Shown here: positions 16,627 to 25,900 of the stretch, in pieces
How positions within the stretch are numbered: position 1 is the first letter of the stretch
Layout: each line of letters begins with the position of its first letter
Origin: a virus
Length of the DNA: 64,000 nt
Direction: 5' to 3' (one strand)
IMG/VR virus record: IMGVR_UViG_3300045988_175377
The notes under the pieces: model-generated
The model's input: the letters and a program-made list of their open reading frames with translations, nothing else
Database searches by the model: none
What the model was told of the DNA's origin: nothing
Translations under genes and position numbers: made by a program

Positions 16627-17784
16627 ATGACCAACCCATTCAAACCAACCGCCGGACGTATCCCACCGATACTCGTCGGACGAGAAGAAATCATCGAAGA
16701 CTTCGACTATGCGCTGAAAGACGGTGTAGGAAGCCCCGGACGGCTGATGTTCCTCACCGGAGCCAGAGGCGTAGGAAAAACAGTCATGCTGGACACGTTA
16801 GGAACACACGCGCAAAAGCAAGGCTGGAAAGTCTATAACGAAAGCGCCGATAGAGGTTTCACCCAAAGACTGGTGGACGCACTTACCGGCAAGGACACGA
16901 CTCGCATATCCGCCTACGACATGCCTAGCGTCGGATTGAAAGGTGATGTAGGGAATCTGGAACTGAGTTTGGGGAGAATCGAACTCGAACACAATGAGGA
17001 ACGTTCCTTGACGCTACGTCAAGCGGTCGGCAAACGTTTGGACAAGATAAATGAAAGCAAGCAGGGCATTCTCATCACATTGGACGAAGTGCAATCCGGT
17101 TCCATGGACGAAATCAGGGCTTTGTCCACTGCCGTGCAACATCTTATCCGCGAAGGACGGAACATCGCGTTCATTTTCGCTGGGCTACCGTCCGCCGTGA
17201 ACGACGTGCTGTCGGATAATGCCATCACCTTCCTTCAACGGGCAGAACGGTATCATTTGGGTTCCGTGCCAACGGAGAAGGTTCTGAAAGCATTCGAGGA
17301 GTCTTTCAGCGGGGAGAAGAAAGCCGGGATGGAAACGTTGATACGGTTGACCAATGCCACTCATGGTTATCCGTTCATGATTCAGCTGGTGGGTTATTGG
17401 GCTTGGAGGGTTTCCGAAACCAACGGTCATGTGAATCAAGTGACCGAGGAGGACGCGGTCAAGGGTATCGAAAAAGCCCAAGCCAAACTAGGGGATATGG
17501 TTCACGCCCCAGCATTGCATGGCTTGCCTTCTCATGCGGTGAACTATCTGCTTGCCATGTCGGTGGATGATACGGTGTCGAATACAGGTGAAATCGCCCG
17601 TCGGTTGAACCGTTCGCCGCAGTTCGCCAACGTGTATAGAACCAAGCTGATTGAGAACGATTTGATTGAGCCTGTCGGTTACGGTGAAGTCGCTTTCAAA
17701 ATGCCGTATTTGCGGGATTACTTGCGTGAGCATGGGGCTTATTTGCAGATGCGGGAGAATATCAGCGAACGCTCGGAGAACTAG
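16627..17784 (+). CDS. AAA/Arch-type ATPase (PF01637-like) with C-terminal winged-helix
   Basis: Walker A LTGARGVGKT, Walker B-like ILITLDEVQ; preceded by an 85% AT promoter region atypical for this replicon. Confidence 0.6.
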   Translation: MTNPFKPTAGRIPPILVGREEIIEDFDYALKDGVGSPGRLMFLTGARGVGKTVMLDTLGTHAQKQGWKVYNESADRGFTQRLVDALTGKDTTRISAYDMPSVGLKGDVGNLELSLGRIELEHNEERSLTLRQAVGKRLDKINESKQGILITLDEVQSGSMDEIRALSTAVQHLIREGRNIAFIFAGLPSAVNDVLSDNAITFLQRAERYHLGSVPTEKVLKAFEESFSGEKKAGMETLIRLTNATHGYPFMIQLVGYWAWRVSETNGHVNQVTEEDAVKGIEKAQAKLGDMVHAPALHGLPSHAVNYLLAMSVDDTVSNTGEIARRLNRSPQFANVYRTKLIENDLIEPVGYGEVAFKMPYLRDYLREHGAYLQMRENISERSEN

Positions 17785-17857
17785 GTTTTGTTGTTCTGGG
17801 CGGTTTAGCATGGACAAGCTGGAAGAATTCAAGCTTGCCACCATTTGACATTTACCA

Positions 17858-17890
17858 GAAAGCCCCTCAACTAAGGGGCTTTCCTCTTTT
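17858..17890. terminator. bidirectional rho-independent terminator
   Basis: AAAGCCCCT-caacta-AGGGGCTTT hairpin followed by CCTCTTTT on the plus strand; lies between convergent genes. Confidence 0.5.
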
Positions 17891-17891
17891 G

Positions 17892-18899
17892 CTATCCCTT
17901 GTGCGTTTTCTCATACCATTCCACGAATCCCAGCATGGCTTGCTGGAATGATGGTTTGAATTCGCCGTTTACGGGAATGTTTCTGTTGAGTGGCGTGGTC
18001 TTATAGTTTTCCGGTAAGGGTGTGGCGCACCATTCGGGTGGTATCCGGTCGGTGAATGGTTCCTCGCAATCGTCGCTGAACATGAGTCCTACGGGCTTGC
18101 CGTTGAGGAGGATTGTTGCGTGGGGGCTGATTTGTCCTTTCGCCAACCGGTATTCTCCTCTTGTCGTGTGTATTGGATAGTGGAAGGTTTCAGGCAGTCC
18201 TCCCCGCCGGTATTCGTCGCGTAATAGTCGAATCGGATTATAGTAGCGTTCCAATGCGGGGTATGCCCATTCGCATCCGCTCCAACAGTCGCGTACCCTG
18301 TCCATTCCGTCCCAGTTTTCTTTCGGATTGGGTTGGATGCTGAGTTTGCGGTATCGGTCGGTTTGGCACCAATGGGTGGGATTGTTCAGGGCATAGTTTG
18401 GCGTGGTTTGTTCGGCTAACCGTATGAGAGTGCTGAGGGTGCATGAAGCATAATGTTGCTTGTCGTATCGTGCGACAAGCCGATACGGGTCGGCATCATC
18501 CTTGTTGAATACGGGTTTCAACATGCGTAAATGTTCCTCCGTTACGGGAATATCAAGGTCGGCGGGTAAGCCCAACACTTCCATCCAACCTCCAAGCCTG
18601 TTCGTATCCCACTTGTAATCCTTGCAGTATTGCGCTTGCAACAGCCAAACCATCCAACGGCGCACATTCCGCATCAGTACGGGATGGGATGCGAATTCGA
18701 GAGGACGCCCCAGCATGTCATGATTCACATTATCCGGCGTGGTAATACTGGTTCGATTACCGTACTCGTCCACTGCCGTCACGACGATATTGTGTCCGGC
18801 GTCCACAGCCTTGAACATGTCGCTGATGTTGTCTTCCACGAACGTGGGCGGAATGAGACGCGGCTGGACTTGACCATTAATCGGCACGGAGAGCATCAT
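17892..18899 (-). CDS. hypothetical protein (335 aa)
   Basis: ORF overlapping the upstream gene by 4 nt (operon); no recognisable domain. Confidence 0.45.
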   Translation of the reverse strand: MMLSVPINGQVQPRLIPPTFVEDNISDMFKAVDAGHNIVVTAVDEYGNRTSITTPDNVNHDMLGRPLEFASHPVLMRNVRRWMVWLLQAQYCKDYKWDTNRLGGWMEVLGLPADLDIPVTEEHLRMLKPVFNKDDADPYRLVARYDKQHYASCTLSTLIRLAEQTTPNYALNNPTHWCQTDRYRKLSIQPNPKENWDGMDRVRDCWSGCEWAYPALERYYNPIRLLRDEYRRGGLPETFHYPIHTTRGEYRLAKGQISPHATILLNGKPVGLMFSDDCEEPFTDRIPPEWCATPLPENYKTTPLNRNIPVNGEFKPSFQQAMLGFVEWYEKTHKG

Positions 18900-19504
18900 T
18901 CACCATCCTCACTATTAGAGGCGAGTCGGGTTCGGAGTTCCCTCAACCGGCCTAACCGTTCCTCCACAGCCTGAATACGAACGTCAACCGCAGTCAACGT
19001 ATCACCATCCGGCTCAGACAACTCATACTTGCCGGACGACAATCGTTCCAGAAAACTGGTGGGAACATCCCATACCAATAATCGGAGTTTGTCGGGACTG
19101 AGATTCAACCCCGTATACAAGCCGGTTTTAGGCCACATGCCATCCACGAGAGCCACATTCGGCATCATGCGCGGTGGACGGTCGGGCTGATATTTTTCGA
19201 CTAGGATTCGACCAGCGAACCAGATAATGTCGCTATCCTGCTTGGAGTACGCGTACAAGTCGTAGGGGTCGATGGTGACTGTGACACGCTTTTCAGCGTC
19301 CACGCCCTTATGCCACCAGAAGTATTTGTCTAAAGCTTCGAACACCAGCCTTTCCACACGAACATTGAACGTCCAAGTCTTCAACTTGTCATCAAACGTT
19401 CCACCCAACGCGCGGGAGCGACGGGCGAACAACGGATTATACGGAGCCTTAACCTTCAAACGGCCATCACTGCGAGTGACCGTAATATCATCAAAACCTG
19501 CCAT
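18896..19504 (-). CDS. hypothetical protein (202 aa)
   Basis: ORF 270 bp downstream of the DGR reverse transcriptase on the same strand. Confidence 0.45.
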   Translation of the reverse strand: MAGFDDITVTRSDGRLKVKAPYNPLFARRSRALGGTFDDKLKTWTFNVRVERLVFEALDKYFWWHKGVDAEKRVTVTIDPYDLYAYSKQDSDIIWFAGRILVEKYQPDRPPRMMPNVALVDGMWPKTGLYTGLNLSPDKLRLLVWDVPTSFLERLSSGKYELSEPDGDTLTAVDVRIQAVEERLGRLRELRTRLASNSEDGE

Positions 19505-19774
19505 GACAGTTTCCTTTCACTCAAACGGCATACTCTGACCAATGCGCTGATAACCTCTAAAGCCCCACATGGGCGAAGTCCCGAGGAAGGAAATGCAAGT
19601 AAACCCAGTGTAACACCAAGCTGGGAAGAAAAACTAGCCGACAAGCATGCCGATGTGGAATACGATACAATCCAAGCCTCACGAAATCTCATCCAAACGA
19701 TTGAGGAAGCGGAAGATTCTGCGCCACCGCTTCCAGCAGATTACACCCCTCCACCAATCTGGAAAGTCCGGAAA

Positions 19775-21004
19775 TCACGGGTGAAAAGCCAGCTTCCGCA
19801 TTTCACAATGCCTCCGATACCACGCTTTCTCCCGAGCGCACAGTCCACGACGGTGAGTTAGACCCGACAGTGTGCTCTCATGGCTCGTCCAAGAATCCTG
19901 AACTGTCCGCAATCCCACATGCACGCCATCATATGAGCGGATAAGGTTACGCGCATGCCGTCGGCTTGCACGCAACGCCTTATGGTGCATGCAGATAAGA
20001 ATACTGCCGTCATCCTGTACGCTGTATACGCGTTTCAGGAATGTGAGTTGACTGGTACGACAGTCCACTATGCGGGTCTTGCGCTTGTTTAACCGCAATC
20101 CCAATTGATTGACACGCCGCTCATAACCGGCCAGCACACGTTCGGCCTGTTCACGATTCTTGCAGAAACAGTAGGCATCATCCATATACCGTCCGTAGAA
20201 TCCTTGCGACATGCACCAGTGGTCAACCTTGTTCAAATACCAGATAGCCATGGTTTGGCTTGTCTGATTACCTAAACCCAAGTGAGGTTCGTCCAATACG
20301 AAGATTCTCAATACGGTTAGAATCCGTTCCACATCCTGCTTCTCCCGTCCGGTGCGGGCGATGCTCCGGTACAGGGTGGAAATCATATCGAACGCTCGTT
20401 GGGAGCTGATACTTCCGAAATAGTTGGAACAGTCGAAGATGACAGCATACGGATGCTCCCATTTGCCCAAAGCCCGCTTATAGTGTAGTTCGAACCGTTT
20501 TCGGGCGAACGATGTTCCACGTTTCGGTAGGCTTGCCGCATTATCGTATATCAGTTGGCTTTCCACGATGGGGACGAGACTGTTGTCGCATAAGGCGCGT
20601 TGCACCACCCGGTCTCGGAAGGATACCGCGCTGATGTGGCGGAGTTTGCCTCGTTCGGAAATGTCGAATCGGATTGGCGCTCTCTTCTTGTATGTGCCGT
20701 CCTCTAATTCTTGGGCGAGTTTCCAACAGTTGACGGCACGCCTATTGTCGAAGTTCAACACTGTGTTTTTCCACGTGACGCCGCGTTTGCATTTTCTTGC
20801 GGCTTGGTAGAGCGCGTCGAATCCGAATGTTTGTTGGAAGTCGATGTAACGGTGGAGCTTCCTGTACTTATCATCCGAGCGTTGTTGCAGTCTGCGTTGG
20901 CGTCTTCTACGTCTTTGACTCGCATTCACGATTTTAATGCTTCCTTCACTAGGGAAAGAGAAAAGAATGGTTGAGGGCAGGTCGTCGGCAACAACCCAAG
21001 ACAT
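19775..21004 (-). CDS. diversity-generating retroelement (DGR) reverse transcriptase
   Basis: RT motifs SAVSFRDRVVQRAL (DGR-typical FRDRVV), FDCSNYFGSI (motif A), LGLGNQTSQTMAIWYL (DGR-specific xGxxxSQ replacing QGxxxSP), YGRYMDDAY (YMDD motif C); Arg-rich N-terminal tail. Confidence 0.85.
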   Translation of the reverse strand: MSWVVADDLPSTILFSFPSEGSIKIVNASQRRRRRQRRLQQRSDDKYRKLHRYIDFQQTFGFDALYQAARKCKRGVTWKNTVLNFDNRRAVNCWKLAQELEDGTYKKRAPIRFDISERGKLRHISAVSFRDRVVQRALCDNSLVPIVESQLIYDNAASLPKRGTSFARKRFELHYKRALGKWEHPYAVIFDCSNYFGSISSQRAFDMISTLYRSIARTGREKQDVERILTVLRIFVLDEPHLGLGNQTSQTMAIWYLNKVDHWCMSQGFYGRYMDDAYCFCKNREQAERVLAGYERRVNQLGLRLNKRKTRIVDCRTSQLTFLKRVYSVQDDGSILICMHHKALRASRRHARNLIRSYDGVHVGLRTVQDSWTSHESTLSGLTHRRGLCAREKAWYRRHCEMRKLAFHP

Positions 21005-21199
21005 GCAATGATGTTGGACGCCCAGCTTAAGGGGCGAGTATCCGTCGTTTCCGACAGTCTTAATATCTCCCTCAACCTATTTCACACGCAACCCATTTTT
21101 CGAGGGGCCGCGCATTCGACCATATCCCCTTCCCCTTCGGGAGGCTTTCACCCATTGGGCTACTGGCCTATCTGATGTTAGTTTTTTGGTAAGAGGAAT

Positions 21200-21352
21200 C
21201 GGGGACAACGGAGTAGCGATAATTCGCATTGTTGTTGTTGCTGGGGTCACCGTTCGAGTTGACTTGGAGGAAATTGTTGCTGTTGTTCGGGTTGGGCGAA
21301 CGCTCCCACCAATTGTTGTTGTTGGCACCGGAGGGTGCTGAACCGGAAACGG
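21200..21352 (-). repeat. DGR template repeat (TR)
   Basis: 153 bp matching 21989-22141; contains coding-strand AAC runs (CAACAACAACAAT etc.); 23 mismatches with VR, all at TR adenines on the minus strand. Confidence 0.85.
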
Positions 21353-21386
21353 AAACACCATTTTGGATATGGCCGGTTTTGTTTAG

Positions 21387-21908
21387 TTATATTTGGGGTT
21401 GAACCCAAGTATCCATTCTAGTGGTGGTCTTTGACTCGACGGTTTTGGCTTTCTTCAACTGGTCTCGCTCGTATCGGACTGCCCCCGTGAACACTCCCAT
21501 GGCTTTGTAGAGTGTGCCCGCATAGTTGACAAATTTCTTCTCCTTGATTACGGGATTGTAGGTGGGGTCGCCTTCCTGACTGTTCTGGTAGGCTTTCATG
21601 TCGCGTTCTCGTGGTGGATAGTCTATCCAGTCGTCTACGAGGCCGGAGAGTGCGTTCAGCATTCCTTGGGCCTTGCATAAGAGTTGCAGTTTCATCTTAT
21701 GCTCTTCGAGGGTGCTCGCGTAGATGGTGTCGGCGCTGTAGGCGGCTGTGTACATGTCGTAGGCGATGTGCATGACGTGTATGGTTTCGATGTTGTCTCG
21801 GCTTTTGGGCCATTTCCGGAAGAGGTTTCTGGTGGCGTAGAGTACGATTCTCGCTTGGTTCGCATATTCGCTTTTTGCTTTTGTCCGCTTGCTGGCGGGT
21901 ACTGTCAT
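21387..21908 (-). CDS. putative accessory variability determinant (Avd-like helical protein)
   Basis: Position between target gene/VR and TR/RT is canonical for avd; predicted all-helical; longer (173 aa) than typical Avd, so family assignment is by context. Confidence 0.4.
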   Translation of the reverse strand: MTVPASKRTKAKSEYANQARIVLYATRNLFRKWPKSRDNIETIHVMHIAYDMYTAAYSADTIYASTLEEHKMKLQLLCKAQGMLNALSGLVDDWIDYPPRERDMKAYQNSQEGDPTYNPVIKEKKFVNYAGTLYKAMGVFTGAVRYERDQLKKAKTVESKTTTRMDTWVQPQI

Positions 21909-21936
21909 AGGGGCTTCTTTCGTGTGATGTTTTAGC

Positions 21937-21961
21937 GGGGGTGGGGATGAACCCCACCCCC
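21937..21961 (-). other. GC-rich hairpin immediately downstream of VR/target stop
   Basis: GGGGGTGGGG-atgaa-CCCCACCCCC perfect 10-bp stem, 14 nt after the target stop codon. Confidence 0.6.
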
Positions 21962-21974
21962 TAAAGATGGGGGA

Positions 21975-22958
21975 TTAGAAGGAGAAAGCGGGGACAACGG
22001 AGCAGCGACAACCCGCACCGCTGCCGTAGCTGGGGTCACCGTTCGAGCTGACTCGGAGGAAACTGTAGCTGTCGCTCGGGTAGGGCGAACGCTCCCACCA
22101 ACAGTCGAAGTTGGCACCGGAGGGCGCTGAACCGGAAACGGTTTCGTAGATTCCAGACAGAATATTATTGTTTGAATAGTTGTGCATCACCTTGCCTTGG
22201 AAATACTCGTATTGACTTCCCTCCTGACTTAACGCTGGGAAACCGTTATAGCTTTTCCACCCGTCGTATATGGTTGGTACGAGTTCCCTGTAGGAGACGA
22301 GCCACACCTTGTCTGCTGTGGCGGATGCGGCGGAGCCGGAAGTGTTTCCGTAGTACATGTTGTTGGTTTGCTTCAATACGGTGGTCACGTTGTTTTGGAA
22401 GTCGGTGGGGAATTGGTTCCAGATTTCCCCAGTGTTCATCCATTGGCGGAGGTTGCTGTCGCGCCATCCGCCTTTGTTGGTGTAGCCGTCAGAAGCACAC
22501 GTAGTGGTGTTGTCATTGGGCATAGTTCCGTTCATGCAGTACGCTTTCGGCAACGAGTTCCACGCCATGAACGTCAAACCAGCCTTTTTACCGCTACCGT
22601 CGGCCTTGTCGTCGTGGAGGATGCCGATGAGTTTGAACGGGAGGTTAGACCCGTCCGATAGGGTGAGCGAACCTTGCGTGCCTTTATTAAGGTTGTCTTC
22701 CATTTCCGCATAGTAGGAGCTTCCCTTGCCTTTGTCGCTCAAATCGTCGGCAATCTGCTTCAATCCTGCGGCGTTGTAGCCCGCATAGCAGACCTTGTCC
22801 ACGCCGGTCGAACATTTGGCCGGTTCCGAAGCGATGGCGCTACCGGTGATGAGTCCGCCGCAGACCGCCGCCGCGATGGCGAGGGTGGCGAGGATTCGTT
22901 GTCCCAAGTGGCGGTTCACACGGTTACTGGCGTGCATGCCCATTTTTGTTCCTTTCAC
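21975..22958 (-). CDS. DGR target protein: secreted lipoprotein with C-terminal variable (C-type-lectin-like) region
   Basis: Signal peptide with lipobox-like AAAVCGG; C-terminal ...GANFDCWWERSPYPSDSYSFLRVSSNGDPSYGSGAGCRCSVVP encoded by the VR; start overlaps the upstream adhesin stop (ATGA). Confidence 0.8.
   Translation of the reverse strand: MKGTKMGMHASNRVNRHLGQRILATLAIAAAVCGGLITGSAIASEPAKCSTGVDKVCYAGYNAAGLKQIADDLSDKGKGSSYYAEMEDNLNKGTQGSLTLSDGSNLPFKLIGILHDDKADGSGKKAGLTFMAWNSLPKAYCMNGTMPNDNTTTCASDGYTNKGGWRDSNLRQWMNTGEIWNQFPTDFQNNVTTVLKQTNNMYYGNTSGSAASATADKVWLVSYRELVPTIYDGWKSYNGFPALSQEGSQYEYFQGKVMHNYSNNNILSGIYETVSGSAPSGANFDCWWERSPYPSDSYSFLRVSSNGDPSYGSGAGCRCSVVPAFSF
21989..22141 (-). repeat. 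DGR variable repeat (VR) at the 3' end of the target gene
   Basis: 153-bp homolog of TR ending 12 nt before the stop codon; substitutions confined to positions that are A in the TR coding strand. Confidence 0.85.
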
Positions 22959-25900
22959 TTACGGTCTTCCTTTCTCAACAGGATGATTGCGGTGACGAGT
23001 CCCAGAATGCTGACGAGTATGAGGATTGGCAACAGTAAACCCATGCCGGTGTGGGGCATGCTCATCATCCATGTTTCTGGTAGGACGCCCGCGTCCACAT
23101 TCTCCTTGTCCGGCTTATCCTGTGTGAGGATGATGGTGAACGTGGATTCACCGTACTTGTCGTCGCTCGTGTTCGCGTCGGAGTCGGTGGAACTCGCGTC
23201 ATTCGGAATGTCCATGTCGTTCGCATCCGGCTTGGTGAACTCTTGGTGGGTGACGCGGCTGAATTGGATGGTGTACTGGTCGCCGTCCGCGTCCAAGTGT
23301 TCGAACTTGTACTTGCCGTCCTTGTCGGTCTTGGTGGATGCCACCTGCTTGCCGTCCTTGTCATAGAGAATTACGGTCTGGTTGGCGAACCGTTTCGATT
23401 CGCTGTCGCTTCTGACTCCGTCCTTGTCAGTATCCTCCCAGTAGAGTCCGCTGATGGTGCCGAGCTTCTTCGCGCTGGCGGTCGGGGTGATAGTGGTGCC
23501 GACTTGGTCGCAGGAGTCCTCATCACCGGTGCTGAACCAGTGTTGGCGTCCATCCTCCGCATAGTCCGAGTCGGTGCGGCATGTCATGTTGCCGGTCACG
23601 TCGCTGGTGTTCGAATCCAGTTTGGACGCGTCCGGATTGTCCGGCGTGGTTTTACCGTTCGCGTGCGGCGTGCCCGAATATGGCGTGTGTTCGGAGTCGA
23701 ACCATGCCTGATTGAGGATGGTCTTCGTATGCTCCTTGACCCATGTGCTGATTTGTTCGTCCGTCCACTTGGTCGTGTCCGTCGTGTCACGGTCAACGGT
23801 GCCGGTGAAATGGTAGATGACGTAGCCTCCCGGTTCAATACCGTATGGCAGATTGTACGTGCGTGTCGTCAACCCCTTCTCCGTGGACTCGCTCAACGGT
23901 TCGACCGGTACGGCGGTCGGGTCGGACGATACGACCATTCCCTTCAAACCGGTGGAACGTGCGCCACCCGTCTTGCCGTCACCATACGGGTCGAAGCCCG
24001 CAATCATGACCTGCTTGCCGACAATGAGCACGTCACGGTCGCCGCCCGCAACGTCGGATGCGGTAATGCCCGTATCGATTGGCGTGGAAACAATATCCGC
24101 GTTGCCGCTCGTACTGCCGTTGGTCCAATACCTGCCTGTACCGGTCTTACCGTTCGCTAATTGGCCGTCACCATTCCAGCCAGCCGCCCACAAGTGTTGG
24201 TTCTTGTCGATGGCGTAGAAAGTGTTGTATCCGCCACCGATACGGGTGATGTACCTCAGATTAGACACATTGGACTGGTCGATACCGCTATCACCTCCGC
24301 CGACGAGCACTATCACTGTACCCGCGTCAGTCAACCCGTAGGCGTTGCCGAATGAGGCGACAACTTGCGTGAAACCAATAGAGAAAAACTCGTCGCCGTC
24401 CACCACACAACCGCCGTAGGACGTCAACGCGACCCACCTGTACGTGCTGGCGCTGACCTGCGTGAACGTCTTACCCGACTGGATTTGCGTCCACGTTGAA
24501 TACGAGGTGGAACTGACTTTTCCGACCACCCACAAGGTGCCGTCACTTGCTATCGCCACAGTGAACTGGTTGCCGCACGCCACGTCAACAAACGTCTTAT
24601 CTTCTGCGACTAGAGTCCACTGGTCACGATTATCCGTATCACCCGTACCCAATTGGCCTTTACCGTTCCAACCAGTCGTGTACAAGTGGCCGTCCGTGCT
24701 GATGGCGGCGGAGTGTTTGCCACCGGCGGCGACTTTCAGCCAACTACCGTTCACGATGGTCGGCTTGTTCACGTTCGTTGGGGTAGCGGTATTCGTCGTG
24801 TCAGGCTTGAAACCTAATTGACCATACTGGTTGTTACCCCACGCATACAACAAGCCCTCGTTCGTCAACACAAACTTATGGTCGCCACTCGTCGCAACCT
24901 GCTTCGCGCCACCAGATTCGATGGAAACCGTACCGGCGGTAGCGGAAACATCATGCACATCAGCGCTCATACGGTCAGAAACGACACTGGACGTGTCAAA
25001 ACGGCTAGTGCCAGAATTCTGTACTTTGACATCCCAGTTGATGACGCATTTCGTGTCGGTGCAGCTGGTGCCGGTGACGGTTTTGTCCACGGTGGCTTTC
25101 GGGTCTGGTTTCGCATACCCGTAGTCCACGTTTTTCTGGTCTGCGCCGATGCCTAGGTGGATGTCGTCGGACGTGTCTTTCGCGTTGGACTTGATTTTGT
25201 TCGACCAGCTGCGCGTGTTCGTCACGTTTTCGAGCTTGTTGTAGTAGGTTTTGACTTGCGTCTGTACGCCATCACCCGTACTGGTGCCAGTGTTGCGTTT
25301 CACCGAAGTACGGTAGGTGCCGGAGTGGAGCAGGTTGAACTCGTAGTAGCCGTCCTTGTCGGTCTTCACCGTTTTGACGGTCTGCCAGCCGCCGCTTGAA
25401 TCCTGCTTGCCGAGGGTGACTTCCACTCCTTCGATGTGCTCCTCATTGTCACCGATGAGCGTGTTCTCATCCTTATCCCACCAGACGGCGCCGCTGATGC
25501 TACCGGCCACTACCTTCGCCACGTCAGGCCACGGCTGGTTGCCCGCCGGTTTGTCGGAAGCGTCGGAATAATAGTTGCGGCCAAGCCACAGCGTGTACTT
25601 GTCGTCTTTCACATTGTCGGATGGGGTGAGCGTGATGGTGCCGTTCACCGCCGAATAGGACAGTTTATCGTCGGACGCGACGACAGTGCTGGTCAGTCGG
25701 ATGGCGGTGATGTTCTTCTTCTCGGTGGCGGACAATTCATCCCATGTCTTCCACTCGTAGTCAGCCGGGTTATCCGACTTCTTTCCGGTGGTGGTTGAAT
25801 AGTAGACGGTCGTACTGGTCGAATTGTCCATATTGACCGTGACGGGCTGGGTCAGTTCGTAGGAGCCATGATAGTTGCTGTATCCACGCTCATATTCGAC

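Noticed and set aside
19775-21077. RT considered as a retron or group II intron reverse transcriptase (including a hairpin near 19800-19870 that superficially resembles an intron domain V)
   Set aside because: The protein has DGR-specific motifs (FRDRVV, xGNQTSQ instead of QGxxxSP), there is no maturase/endonuclease domain or msr-msd-like structure, and an adenine-specific TR/VR pair lies immediately upstream. The hairpin lies inside the RT coding region.
21077-22117. ORFs 21077..21361 and 21932..22117 (similar 'proteins' rich in T/A/R/P)
   Set aside because: They are out-of-frame translations of the DGR template and variable repeats; the similarity is DNA-level repeat homology, not paralogous genes.
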